NCBI RefSeq assembly: GCF_001447785.1
Contig: NW_015162475.1
Coordinates: 434,001 to 498,000 of the forward strand
Direction: 5' to 3'
Origin: Gekko japonicus
Lineage: Eukaryota
Length of the DNA: 64,000 nt
Shown: positions 47,854 through 61,535 of the stretch, one piece after another
How the letters are laid out: each line of letters opens with the position of its first letter
Numbering within the stretch: the first letter of the stretch is position 1
The notes under the pieces: model-generated
Seen by the model: only the letters and a program-made list of their open reading frames with translations
What the model was told of the DNA's origin: nothing
Database searches by the model: none
Position numbers and translations under genes: made by a program

Positions 47854-49253
47854 CAGAATCATAAAGCTGAAAGGCACCTCCTGGGTCATTTAGTCCAACC
47901 CCCTGCACAATGCAAGAAATTCACAAATACTTCCCCCCACACCCCCAGTGACCCCTATTCCATGCCCGGAAAATGGCAAAAAAAAAAAAAAAACCTCCAG
48001 GATCCCAGGCCAAAACTGGACTGGAGAAAAATTGCTTCCCGACCCCAAAGTGGTGATCAGCATTTCCCTGAGTGTGTAAGAAATGGACCTGAGAACTAAG
48101 CACTGATGCAACCCTTCCTGCCCTCCTTCTCATGATCTGCCTAAATTCACAGAATCAGATTGATGTCAGATGGCCATCTAGCCTCTGTTTAAAAATCTCC
48201 AATGAAGGAGAGCCCACCACCTCCCAAGGAAGCCTGTTCCACTGAGGAACTCCTCTAACTGTCAGGAAGTTCTTCTGTGTGCAATTCTGGTCACCACACC
48301 TCAGAGAGGATATTATACCACTGGAAAAAATGTAGAAAAGGGCAACTAGAATGATAAAAGGGTTGGAACACTGTCCCTATGAAGAAAGGTTAAAGTGCTT
48401 GGGGCTCTTTAGCTTGGAGAAACGACTGAGGGGTGACATAATCGAGGTTTATAAGATCATGCATGGAATAGAGCAGGTAGAGAAAGAAGTACTTTTCTTC
48501 CTTTCTCACAATACAAGAACTCGTGGGCACTCAATAAAATTGCTGAGCAGTCGGGTTAGAACTGATAAAAGGAAGTACTTCTTCACCCAACGAGTGGAAC
48601 AACACATGGAATTCACTGCCACAGGAGGTGGTGGCAGCTACAAGCATGGACGACTTCAAGAGGGAATTGGATAAACATATGGAGCAGTGGTCCATCAGTG
48701 GCTATTAACCACAATGTATAGATAGGAACTCTCGGTTTGGGGCAAGAGATACTCCGTATTCTTGGTGCTTGGGGGGGGGGAACAGTGGGAGGGCTTCTAG
48801 TGTCCTAGCCCCACTGGTGGACCTCCTGATGGCACCTGGTATTTTTGGCCACTGTGTATGTTCTTATGTTCTTCCTAATGTTTAGCCAAAAACTCTTCTG
48901 ATTTAATTTCAATCCACTGGTTGTGGTCTGACCTCCTGGAGCAACAGAAAACAACTCTGTACCATCCTTTATATGACAGTTCTTCGAGTACTTGAAGATG
49001 GTTATCATACCACCTCTCCGTCATCTCCTATCCAGGTTAAACATACCCAGCTCCTTCAACCTTTCCTCACAGTATTCGGTCTCCAGACCCCTCACCATCT
49101 TCATTGCCTTCCTCTGGACATGTTCCAGCTTGTCTATATCCTTCTTAAATTTTGGTGCTCAAAACTGAACACAATACTCCAGGTGAGGTCTAACCAGAGC
49201 AGAGTAAAGCAATACCACCACTTTGCATGATCTGGACACTATACTTCTGTTGA
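47854..49253 (-). mobile_element. CR1 LINE 3' portion (second subfamily), interrupted
   Basis: AGAATCATA tail. ORF 48805..49008 MITIFKY..ELFSVAPGGQT..SGLKL..FWLNIRKN continues across the inserted element at GGAAGTTCTTC|CTAATG. Confidence 0.88.
48276..48867 (+). mobile_element. CR1 3' fragment nested in the opposite orientation
   Basis: MIKGLEHCPYEERLKCLGLFSLEKRLRGDIIEVYKIMHG; tail ATGTTCTTAT; GTTCTTC on both sides. Confidence 0.92.
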
Positions 49254-51059
49254 CTTTGCAAAAAGGCTTAGAGTTCCTCTGACAGAATAGCTCTTTTGTC
49301 CACAGAGAAGGGGCATGGTTGGGGTTTTTTGCTGATTCTCCTTCTGCTATAGAATCCTAATTTACTCCCCACGTTTAGCTGCCTTCGGCCCTATATGAGT
49401 GTAGTTTTAGGAGACACAGAAGACTGCAGTGAGAGGCAGGGAAATTGCTTCCTCTAGCACTACTCCACTCATGTTGCTTAGGATTCAGGCTCATTTGGAG
49501 GCCAGAAGCTTATCATATCATTGATTATATTTAAATAAATAAATGATTTCATCTTGAAAGTAAAAGGTCACAGATTTCAAGAAAGGAAGTCAACTTTCAG
49601 CATCAAGAGAAGAAAAGAGATTAAAAGAGAAAGGAACGGTCTCTGAAGGGGAGTATATCTCACTAAAACACAGGACAACAGTAAAATGATGCTCTAGCCA
49701 AGCCAAAGGACAAAAAATGGTACGTGTATGTTTGCAAAATTTCATTATGAGAAGTAGGTTAGATCTAGAGGCTGTGGTATATGATACATACTTTTAAAAA
49801 CCCAACCAAAATATACGACTAAAACACCCTACAGAATTCATTCACTGTATTTAGACTTTTTTAAAAAACGCCCACCCACTAACAGTCACCAGGGTGGTCT
49901 AAAACCACGTTTTGGTGGAACCTCTATAGCCTTGACCCATACTAAAGATTGGCGGAGTTCCTCAAACCCCTTTACTTCCTCCTTAAGCCAGCTGTTTAAC
50001 GAGCTGCCAAAGGCAACATACTATAAAACACACTCTGATTTAACTTGTAGATCTGTAGATCATCCTTGTAGATAATCCTATTTGTGGGATGGCTTCTAAT
50101 CATCTTTCTTTTTGTAGCTTTGTGAATTGTGATTTCGGAAGTGCTATTTGAAGGCAACCTTCACCATTGCTTTACGAAAACACTGGGAAGGAGCAAACAT
50201 TGCAATTTAAGACTTTTCCCCAAAACATATTCATAGATGTAATAAGAAGGCATGTGGCCACTATTAATATTTCTCTTTAGCTAAAGAACCACTAAAATTA
50301 AAATCTACTTAACCACACCCATTAAAATCCACTTTAGCCACACCTATTGAGTTCTAAACAACACAGGGTAGGAGTCAAACAGCTTCTTTGTTTCATGGTA
50401 CTGACTTGCATTAATCCAGAGCAATACTTAACTTTTTTCTTGAAAAGCTACCTCCCCCTTCTCTCTCTCACAAACACACTATCACAAAAATTTTTGAGAC
50501 TCCCCTCACTTTCAATAGCAAATTACCCTTTTGTAATTTGTGGGTTGTCCACTAACAAATCAAAAGTCTGGTTTCTTTTGGGCTTAGGGAATTAGTTTCA
50601 TAGATTTTTGGATCTTGGCCCTGCTTTTCTGTACAATTAAATCGATCATGCCTATACTGGGGCTGGTCAGTTGCCTTTTTTTAAGGGCTTACATGAGTAT
50701 TCCAGTTGTCAGAAAAGCTGAATATTTAGTTGCCCCTTTACTGGCCATGGTAGCTGTACTTTAGAAAAATAAAGTACACATATATGATAAAATATATAAA
50801 GCATTAATCAGATTCTACTGCTGTAATGACTGACTCATTATGTTAGAAAATAAGTAACTATATAGCAACTTAGTCAATGTCAGAGTTGGTTTACCTTTGC
50901 AAAAAAACACAATTAAATACCTATTAAATTTGTGTGCATGTGCATGTCTAATGCTTTAGTATTTGAATGGAAATGAACCCCGCACCCATAACTTTAATTG
51001 TACCGTGTTATTTCTGTATTTATTTATTCTGATAATTATCTTCTGCCTTATCTTATATA

Positions 51060-51405
51060 GGTAAAGGTAAAGGTTCCCTTGCTCGAAAGCCAGTCGAATC
51101 CGACTCTAGGGTTGCGGTGCTCATCTCCGTTACAAAGCCGAAGAGCCAGTGCTGTCCGAAGACGTTTCCGTGGTCATGTGGCCGGCATGACTAAACACCA
51201 AGGCGCATGGAACGCTGTTACCTTCCCACCGAAGTGGTCCCTATTTATCTACTTGCAATTTCTTGCTTTCGAACTGCTAGGTTGGCAGGAGCTGGAACTA
51301 GAGACGGGAGCTCACCCTGTCTTGCGGCACCCGGGTCTTGAACCGCTGAACTACTGACCTTCCACAGCCTGCAGTTCAGCGTCTTAACCACTTGAGCCAC
51401 CGCAG
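51060..51405 (-). mobile_element. Sauria SINE
   Basis: (ACCTTT)n tail, characteristic GTCATGTGGCCGGCATGACT and GTTACCTTCCCACCGAAGTGG blocks, tRNA-like head, 8-bp TSD CTTATATA. Confidence 0.92.
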
Positions 51406-53419
51406 CTTATATACAAGAGGACATAAAATCTATTAAAAGAACAATCAGCAATATTTAAACAGAAAATGAAGACACAGCAACCCTAAAAAGATGGATTTTA
51501 CATCTTTTTTCCAAAAAAAAAATGTGATGAACTTCCATTAGGAATTCAGGTCCAGAGTGTCTGGGGCAAGGATTATAAAAATCTCTGATCGCAAGTACAG
51601 CTTCCCCAGAGAACAGAAGTGAAAACAGGGTTTTCCCACCTAACCTTAAGTGACAAGGGAAAACATTGGGAGAAATGCGAAGCTGTGAAGATGCCAATTC
51701 ATTAAGTGCTTTAAAATTAATCAGACGCTTTTACTGGACCCTGAAATGTAGCATGCAACAGCCATAGAACCAACCAGTTGTATATACTGTCTCCTCCACA
51801 TACTCACTAGAAACTGAACCATTGAGCCCTGCATATATGAAACATTACTGTAATGTGCTGTAATGGGGCCTGCACTAGAGTAGCAGTTTTTCTCAAAATT
51901 ACAACGGTATTAAAAGACAATAGAAAGATCCTTACTTTGTAGAAGGGGATTCAGTTGATGTATCAAATCTAAGTGATAAAAATTAATGCAATTCCACTGG
52001 TGTAGAGTAGCACCAGGTTTAGGAGCATTCCCTAGGCTCTGTACCAAATCCAGTTATATAGCTGTTGCTCCACCTATGAATAGCAAACTCACAACTCCAA
52101 AAGAGGTAGGATTCTCCAAGAAGATTAGTACCATCCTATTTCAAATAATTTGAGCCAAGTTGGTGTACACCCATTTTACTGCAGCTCCTTAAAACCAGTT
52201 TAACATACAGACGAGTCTTGGTTACTCAATTAGAAAGAAGCAGGGGTCTCAGCAGAATGACAATACTACACTGCAAATCTGGACCACCTCTCCCACAGCT
52301 TGACAGATAAAGAGTTAGAGTGTATGTATGTATAATGTGTGTGTGTCTGTGCTCATTTATTCTGTGGATCACATTAACCACCACAGTGCTGTACAGATAC
52401 CTTCCACAGCTATTCTCCAAATCTGCTCTAAGAGATTAAAGCCAATTGCAGGCTAGCCTTCTGATGCCAAACTTGTTCGAAGTAGTGCAATAACTTGTTA
52501 TAGACCAGAGTATTAAAAGCTGCCAAATAAGCAGAAAGTGTGTGTCACTAAATCACAAAATTTTTAGATGCAAATCATTCCCAGGGCCACTAGAGTGATT
52601 TCATACATGGGTATGTAGTGGGAAAGAGGAGGGAAGTATAGACTCTTTACCTTAATGCATTTTCATGAAATTAGCATAGGAAGGAATGAGTCCTCTCCTC
52701 CCAGTCCCTACTAAATGTTTTCCAATGTTGTGTTTGATAATTCTGGGTGGGTATTTCCTTTTATCTTGTAATGATGGCCTTTGGCCATATACAATAAATT
52801 CCTACCTAACTACCTATTCAATAAGAAAAAAATAAAGGTTTGAGACCATGGAAAAGAAGAGTCATGTGAATCAATTTCTTATGGCTGCCCCCTTGTTAGG
52901 AAGCTACTGTTTTAAGGCATTTCTAGGAGCTCACTATAAAAGACACTATAACCTCAGTTGTGTACATACATAAACATCCTCAAAGAAGAAATGCATATCT
53001 CTGTGTGCCTTTCAACTGAACTTAATGGTTAATTTTAAGGTAGCAGAAAACTATCATCTGGGGTACGTTAACTTCTGTATTAGTCTATTTATGTTCCTGA
53101 AATATGGCAACCAGTGATCAAGTTTAGACAAACGTTAGCTCAAAATGGTTTTATTCTTTAATCCACTTTTTATTGGTTAGAAAAAAACCCATAATGGATC
53201 ATATTTAATGCTACAGCAAAGAAATACATACCATTCTAAAAATATTTGGCATCTAAATTCTGCTAGCATATTTATTCAGTGGTTACACTGGAATTTCTGA
53301 GGGGGAGAGAAAAGTCATTTCTCCTGACTGTCACTATTTTAGCAGGAAACTTAAACTGCAAACCTCAACCAAAGTTGCATTCCTTTATTTCTGAACAAGG
53401 TGTATATCAAATATCTTAC

Positions 53420-53636
53420 CTGGCAACATCGTAAGCTGTTGAGAGTCCGTATCTAGAGACATATGACCACCTTTAGCCAATCTATCATACAGCAAGGTTA
53501 TGTGTTTCTTCAGCCTATTAGTATCCCTAGGGATACTCAACTGATTGGCAAGATTCAGGGCATGCTCTTTAGAACTCTTGGACAAACATGTTTTCAGCAA
53601 GTGAGAGACTGAAGCATCCACACATTCTTCCCAACC
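53420..53636 (-). CDS. BBS9: BBS9 (PTHB1) coding exon, 217 bp
   Basis: ctccttttgtgtag|GGTTGG...TTGCCAG|gtaag. It translates as GWEECVDASVSHLLKTCLSKSSKEHALNLANQLSIPRDTNRLKKHITLLYDRLAKGG..MLP, matching the recalled human BBS9 C-terminal region. Confidence 0.96.
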
Positions 53637-54443
53637 CTACACAAAAGGAGAAAAAAATATTTCTGTGTTAAAATTGAAATGAAAAAGCAACTTGCTGTTT
53701 TGCGTTGCTCTGCTTTGAGGAAGAAATTTTAGTAAATGATACAGAAACACACTTAGAGAATTAGCAAGTCTAAACATGTGTGTGAAACAAAAATAAGTAA
53801 GAGAAAACCTAAGGGTTTTTTTCAGCCCCATAAGTCTAATGACTACAGAAGACCAATTTGAAATAGTTAACTAACATTAACAGATTTAATGTGGTCTATT
53901 TTTCAATTTATGAGCTAGCTTTCAACTGTTTATTATTGGTAAGGCAACTTTTCAGTTCTTCATAGGGGGCTAATTTCATGCAAATAGTTCCCAATATGAA
54001 AATAATACGGACCCACTCCTCTGCCCAAATTGATATGTATGATAAATAAGCGAAAAACAGAACAAAACAAAACATTAAAGTAAATGACCTCACAGACGCT
54101 GTGAATTCTGCTGTCCAATCGGACAACATTTTGGGGGCAATAACAAGCTTGCTGTCGGATCCTTGAGTCACGTTTCTTTCCTGCCTTCGCTTAATGTGCT
54201 GTTTCAGGGTTCTGCATACCTTTTGTCCATGTACAAGAGGCCAAGTTCCATCCTTGGCATCTCCCACTGACAAAGTCTCTGGTGATCAAGATCCTTTCAC
54301 CTCTGTTTTATCCACCAGGCTTCCTGCAATTCTATGTGCACCTGTGTCACTTGGTGGGCTTAGATCCAACAATTTGCCCTCCTCTCCTCTATATGAGGGC
54401 TACCGGTCTCCAATTGATTATATAATTCAATTTAGTGATAAAT

Positions 54444-54650
54444 GGGGAGGATCTATAGCTCAGTGGGAGAGCATCTGCTTAGCATGCTGATGGTCCTAGG
54501 TTTAATTTCTGGCCCTTCGGTTAACGGTCTAGCGGTGAGTTATGGGAAGGACCTTTCTCTGCCTGACACCTTAGAGAGCTGCTGCCAGTCTGAGTGGACA
54601 GTACTGACCTTGATGGACCAATGGTCTGATCCACTATAAGGCAGATTTGA
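54444..54650 (+). mobile_element. tRNA(Ala)-derived SINE with CR1-type 3' end
   Basis: Head TATAGCTCAGTGGGAGAGCATCTGCTTAGCATGC...GGTTTAATTTCTGGC. Tail GATGGACCAATGGTCTGATCCA resembles the CR1 3' hairpin at ~23260-23281. Confidence 0.8.
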
Positions 54651-55299
54651 GGTGTTCTGTTGCATTCCCCCCCCCCCCGGGCAGGAAAAATGATGTGATT
54701 TCAGATTATTCTTATGTCTTCAGTGCAGCATCTGAAGAGAAGCCTATGTTAGGTCCAGATACGGTGACTCATAATACATGTCTTTTCCTGGGCAGTTCTG
54801 GGTCTTGACCGCTCTACTGTTCCTGCAGACAGTATCCCTCTTGTTGAAGAGGGACGTTTCCAATGGTAGAATTCCAATGTTCCCCTTTACCGGGTTTATA
54901 CTTAGCTACCTCTCAGTGTGCATAGGGATTAGTGTGGCCTATGTGAAGCCTCTATATTAATTTTTCCCTGCTACTTTGACAGGTCTTTATTGATCTTTTT
55001 CAAAGCAACCTGCCTGAATTTTCCCGCCTTGTTTTACTAAGATTGTCAGCTCTGTTCAGCTTCCACTGCTGTGTTTCCTGGCATTTTTACATATCTATAT
55101 GTGACACCGTAAAACAAAACTGTGGTTTTGCTGTGTCTTTTACCCTTTATGGGATGCCCAGACTTAGTTTTCTTTCTTTCTGAGACAGACCTAATATGCA
55201 TCATGCATGTGGTCTCAGCACAGTCCTTTCTCTCACTGCATTTCTTTTGTCTATGATCTTCTAGAAGTAGTGCAGTCTCCGATAGCTTCTTCGCTATGT

Positions 55300-56632
55300 G
55301 TGGGAACCTTTCCCAGTAACTCATGGTGTTCTGCAATATTAATTGTCTTGACATCACTTTACCTTGACATGATGGGCATATTTACTTTGTCTCTGGTTTT
55401 AGTGCAAACTCTCCACAGAGTCGAAGGAGGCACTGTAATCATGTTTTAACTGATTAGCAGACATCAGTTCCCTGGTATTCTGATTGGGGGTCTGGGTTAC
55501 TTGGCACAATATGACATTCCAGGCCATGGCCTTTATGCTTTTTTCCTGACAATAACCCATCATTGAGGAATGCACTTCTAATCCCTCACAAAGACAACCT
55601 GTTTTTATGCCTTTATCTCTGCCTATATTGCTGCACAGATTACTCTGCAGACTACACAAGTTTTTTTCCCTTGTGGTGCATTATGTCCATCCTTTCTTTA
55701 GCCACATCACACCTCTTTTCACAACCTTTCATTATCATAGTGCAGATCCACTTATTCTCACTCCTGCTGATAAATTAATACTTTGATCAGCTCCTTTCCT
55801 GCACTGTACCAGTAGCCTCCCACTTTTCTGAGTGGCAAACACCACTCTTGTCGTACCAGACCTTGCAACTCTAGGTGGGGAGGAGAGTCTCTACAGAAAC
55901 TGCAGCAAGGTTTGGACCCTGCTTATTGTGCTGTTGAATGTTTTTGCCAACTGATTTGGACAATAATTTTAAAACCCCCGAAAAAAACTCACAATCTTTT
56001 CCTTGTTGGGTTACTAAGCATGCTACAAAAGAGGGGTATAACCCCTCATTTTATTTTTGGCACTTACATGGTGCTTCATTTATGATAAGGTCCTAATTTA
56101 TACCTTCTCCATGCATGAAGTTTCAAAAGGTGATGTCCTGCTGGAACGCCCTACCAAGGGTTGTCTCTCACTCCTCATGTAATGCATGGTCAGCGTCCTC
56201 ACACAACCCATCCTTGTGGGTCGGTTGATGCTGTCACACTGTTTTGAGCTCACAGTCCTTCATTACCACTCTATGTATGATGGCTCTTTTCAAAAGAGTG
56301 CTGTTTTTTCTTTGCTACATTCCCACATGTATTTTGGTGGTGACACTTGCACAGAGCTTACTGCTCTGGTATAAGAGAGTTCTGGGTGAAGGTCAATTTG
56401 TGCCGCTAAACAACTGTTGATAAAGGGGTCCTCTGTGGTCTCCTTCTGAGAGATTCACACCCACCTCCTTCACTCAGTGACCTTGCTAATCTTCCCATGC
56501 GAGACTGCACAGAAGCCACAACGATGAAAACAAGGTTGCACTTACCTGTAACCATTGTTCATCGAGTGGTCTTCTGTGCAGGCACACATCCCTCCCTCCC
56601 TCCTACCCTGCTGTGAACTCTCTGGAACTCTC
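55300..56632 (+). mobile_element. Decayed DIRS (tyrosine-recombinase retrotransposon) 3' portion; left limit uncertain
   Basis: Inverted repeat 56506-56537 / 56550-56580 around GCACTTACCTGT, typical of the DIRS ICR/terminal repeat. Only faint RNase H/YR-like traces upstream. Confidence 0.55.
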
Positions 56633-56649
56633 TGGACCACTTGCACCTG

Positions 56650-56890
56650 GCTGGATGACCTTGGGCAAGCCATAATTCTGGCACAGCCGTTCTTGAAAAA
56701 AAGAGCAGTTTCTGTCAGAGTTCTCTCAGCCCCACCTAACTCACAGGGTATCTGTTGTGGGGAGGGGAGGAGAAAGGAGTTTGTAAGCCGCTCTGAGACA
56801 CCTTTGGGTAGTGAAGGGCGGGGTATAAATCCAATCTCCTACTCCTCCTCCTCCTCCTCCTCCTCCTCTTCTTCTTCTTCTTCTTCTTCT
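56650..56890 (+). mobile_element. tRNA-derived SINE (9033 family), headless, long (CCT)n(CTT)n tail
   Basis: Reverse-complement match to 9033 and 20406; microsatellite tail at ~56857-56890. Confidence 0.85.
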
Positions 56891-56892
56891 TG

Positions 56893-57440
56893 TTTGTGTT
56901 CTCTCAAGAGACCTAATTATCCTAAAAAACTGAGCTGGGCAAGAGCTAGTGGATGTGATGGAGGCAGCATAAAATTCTGTTTTAGCTGACTTCACTACCA
57001 TCTCATAGGACTTTATAAACATCCTATAAGATGCTCTTGTAGCTTTGTCATGAGAAAGTTGTCAAACTCGCTCTGGTTGTCAAAGCTCCCATTTCTTCCC
57101 CCCAAGCTCCATCATGGTATACCATGGGGTTAGTTTGGGATGGGAGTGAAGAGAACAACGGGGAGCAATTTCATTGATGGCTTCAAAGAGACAGGTGTTC
57201 CCGTCCTCTATCAGCTCATCTAATGAATAGACGGAGGACACTGGATACCTCAGAGCATTCTGGAACCCAACTGGGTCCATTAGTCTCTGTGGGCAAGCAT
57301 AAATCTGCTTGCCACCTAGACAGGAGAGAGCTGGGGTACCCAGCCAGATCTTCAGGGCAAAACGATCTGACCATGGCACTACATCAAGACTATACTGCAG
57401 CCACCATTATTCAGATACATTGCATGGTGATTTCTAAAGA
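56893..57440 (-). mobile_element. Old L2 ORF2 internal fragment
   Basis: PWSDRF..QIYACPQRLMDPVGFQNALR..AINEIAPR..TPWYT and SYEMVVKSAKTEFYAASI..PAQFFRIIRSL, consistent with the EN-RT linker. Confidence 0.7.
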
Positions 57441-60400
57441 TGGCCTGATTCCTTCTACAGGAAGAAGTTTCACTACTGTAGAAAATTACCTAATGAGGCA
57501 TCCAAGTCACATAGCTCACAATATATTAAACCAGTGCTACAACATATGAAACTGTTTCCATAACAACTTCACCATGAAGCTATTTAGAGCTAGGTCTGCA
57601 TTACATCACTGTAACTAATCCGTTCACCTAATGTCAGATGGATAATTGTGGGAGAGGTTCTTTGACTTCTGTGAAGGCAAACTCCCACAGCAGGCAACAG
57701 TAATATTCTCCTTGGGAAAAGAAGCAACTGGAATGGGCTCAAGTGGTTGGGGCCTGATAAGTGAATGGGGCTTGGCTGGAATTGTAATACTACAATTTCT
57801 GAAGGGCACTAGCTGCCATGTTGTACAATGTGAATTAGAAATACTATTTTAAAGTCGATTTTCCAGGTCTCCAGCTGTGGCCCTCCACCGCCTGCCCTCT
57901 GCCTCATATTCTTGCTGCCGCTTGGCAGCGCAAAAAGGTGGGGAATTGCTATGCCAATGACACAACGTCACTTCCCATGCAGAGCTGGAAGTGACATCAC
58001 ATTGGCATCATGCTTTAGGATCCCCCCCAAAAAAATCCATGGTAAAATATCATTCCCCGGTCCCCTCCCTCTCCCACATCCATGTCCCCCTCTCTCCCAC
58101 TCTATACATAAGACGCCTAAATAGGAGTGCTTCCTTGTGAACTTAACCTGAGATCTAAAGAATCATGAATATTTCAAGGTTGTTATTTTTTAAAGAACAC
58201 TCCCTCTTACTACAGCCTTGAAAAGCTGACACTGAAGGGATTTGACATGGCACATGCTGTTAGCATGAGCTGATTTGCAAAATACAGAACCATAACCAAA
58301 AACAATGTTAAGGCTATCTTTCTTATCACTGCAAACAAAGATCAACAGCGCTGCTTATTTCATCATATGAAAGAAATTTCATTCAATAATCCGTGCCTTC
58401 TTTCAAACACTGTATCAATGTAGCAACTGGCACTGGAGAGAAGGAGCGGAATATGATGCACTGCTCATATCATAGTCAACAACATAATGACATAGAATGG
58501 AGACACCACTCCATGACACGTTTGTAGAAGACATGGTATGTAATAGCTCCTTTGGCCAGATCTCATTTAGAGCTTTGTGTTGCAGCAGTAACTTTTAATT
58601 CATAGATTGACCAGTTAGAATTTGACATTATTTAAGATGTGTAATCACCTTCCAGACTCTTCACAGAAAAAAAATATAATAATCTTTTCCCTACTGTTCC
58701 ATACTATCCATATACTCAGCGATTAAAAGTCTTAGGCTGTCTGCTACTTTCTTGACGAACTGTTCACTGGTCTTATACAGAAACTCAGGCTATAACATTG
58801 TGGCCAGTACTAAAAGCAGTATTTAGACAGCCAAACTCTGATCAGAGCTATATATCAGGTGGCTATATAGAAGACTGATCATGCATAGATAACAGGTGTT
58901 TCAGTCAGAGGGATTACTGCAATGACAGCTTTAAAGATAAAGGTTAAAAGGTACTTAAAGACATTGATAAGGAAGATCAGAAAGGGATATAAATCTCCTT
59001 GCTTCTTAAAAACCCTAAATGAACTGTGCTAACTTTACTTCATTAAGATGTGTAACATGGATTACAAATCCACAGTGGCCTAGTTTCTATAAACAAAGCA
59101 TATAAAGGATTCTTTAAAAATGTACACACACAATGCCACTTTCAAAGGAAACTAATTATCCACATGTATCAAACACTTATGTACAAGATTTATAGTTTTG
59201 ATAAAGTATTTTTGCATTAGCTTTGCCCCATTACAAAACAAACAGATTAAAAACCAAAAGGGTGGGAGAACCATTACTATTTCAGGTGTTGCTCCATGTC
59301 ATTTCAGCACTTCCGACAACATAAACACTTCCGACAGCTTGAGTTCTTCTATGACAAAGTACAAGCTTAACTGCTTTAACAACAAGGCTATTGGGGGGGG
59401 GGAGTTCTTAAAACAAGATGTAATACACAAAAACTGTCTGATATGATACAGTTCCAGTTTGAAGGTCCCATTTCTCCCCCTCATTTGTGTTAAAGCATCA
59501 GCCCAAGCAGGGGGATCTCCCAGATGGAGACTGACTAGTTTGTTTTGGCATGAACTTACTCGCTTATTTTGGCATGAGTTTTTGTAAGCAGCAGCCTACT
59601 TAATTAGATGTATGAAGATGACTGAGAAGGTGATGGTTTATATACAGATTGAATGAGCTACACTGGAAGATAAACCCGGTTTAAATAAATATTTTAAAAG
59701 GAAGTTAACAAGATCACAAATATATACTCTGAGCATTAAGATACTATGCAGCCAAGTGCCAGATAATTACTTTGTGTACCGAAATGACATCAAGCTCAGT
59801 GCAGACATAATACTTCCTGATCTCTTTACCAGAGTTAAGAGACCTGGAGGCTTCCTCCCAGACCCCTCTTTTCAGGAGTAACCAATGGTATCTAATTTAA
59901 TCAACATACAATTAACACTAGCTATGATTAACCAGGGTCAGCAAATTCACCTTCAAACTCTGATTTTAAAACCTGGCTAAAGCTAATCATAGCTTTTTTT
60001 AAAAGGAGGGGTAAGGGTTCCATGTGTGAAGAGGGCGGGAGGGCACAAATTTGTAGGATACTCCCATTAACTCAAATACAGCTGAGAAATCTGGGAAAAG
60101 TACATATATTTATAGATTCGATTTATAGATCTATATTAGGCCTAAGAAAACTCTAAAAAATGGTAGTAGTCATCATCTTCATGAGAAACCTTTATGAAGC
60201 CTGCAGACTGTGGAATGACTGCAGGAGAAAAAAGTTTTGCCTTTCAAATCTGCTCATATTGCCAATAAATGCAAAGGATTTGTAGAAAGCCTAAAAATCA
60301 GTAACCCAAAAACCAACATTTACAATCTCTTTTTTTTTTGCACAGTATGAGAGATGTCACAAAAATAATACCACCACTGTACAGACCAACGAAATTGGAT

Positions 60401-61535
60401 TTTTCAAAAAACAGAGATCAAAAATGAAGATAAATATTTCTGTATTAGAGAAATCTCAGTTGTGCAGATGTCTCTGGATCTGTGATGGGATAAATGTTGG
60501 CTACAATTCTAAAGAGAAGCTTGCTTTGCCTATAGTTGGGGCGACTACTGTCTCTTCAATGTCTGCTGTGGCTGACTGGGCAAGATAGGACTAGAGATCC
60601 TTCACAGTGTTTGTGTCACTTTTAAGCTTTTAAGCTAAGTTTTCCCAGTAGATTAACAACATTAAAGGCTAAATAGCCTATTTAACTGTAAATACAAACT
60701 AACCATTCAATACCAGAAAGAGACTTCTCTATCACTTAAGAGCTAGCTCATTAATCTGTTTTGATAAAACTGGCCTTTATAAATGACAAACATCCTACTG
60801 CTTATCTGTTTTCCCCATCCACCTCTTCCCTTGCCCTAGGAATGCAAATAAAGAACAGTCTTCAAACATGCAAAGCAGAAGAAAACATGATGCTTAAAGT
60901 ACAGAGGTAACCTCACCCTCTGCAAAGAAAAAACAATGCCAATGTTATGAACCCACATTTCTGCAAATGGCCGAGCCACATGGGCACACATTTTGGTTTG
61001 GTTATAAGAAAAAGGTGAGATCTTCAGTCTCATATTGTTCAGAAGACACTGCTGGTTTACAGCGGAAGGTCAAATGTTCTTCCTTGCAGGACTGTAATTC
61101 TTCAGCTCCACATGGAAAACCTCATCTTCTCCCATACTCTTTTGGCTGCCATGAACTAAAAACTATTTCAGGAGATAACTTAGATACCCCACCTCAACAA
61201 AATGCTCATCAAGCAACTGGGTCTGTGCTTGCATAGCTGATTAAAGGAAACTGAGTCGTGCCAATAAACTGTTTGGCTGTGATGGGGAAATGGAAAGGGG
61301 TGGGGAGAAGGGAGATGAAATGACTTCTGCACAAAGGCTAAGCAAGTTTAAAAAATGTTTAAATTAGGCTAAGTACAAATAGTATTCCCATTACAGCTAG
61401 AGAACACAAGGGGGAGTAAGTTTCTAATCATGCATCTGATCTAAATAGCAGACAGGTTTGTGCAATTAATGAATTTATTATGGCATAAACTTTCAAGAGT
61501 CATAGCTCACTTCATCAGATGCATGCAGTGTTATC

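Noticed and set aside
54444-54515. tRNA-Ala gene
   Set aside because: Decayed T-arm and acceptor stem; continues into a SINE body.
58330-58640. Possible conserved non-coding element (similar repeat-free stretches at ~2500-2760, ~44700-44850 and ~63100-63400)
   Set aside because: Conservation cannot be judged without cross-species alignment.
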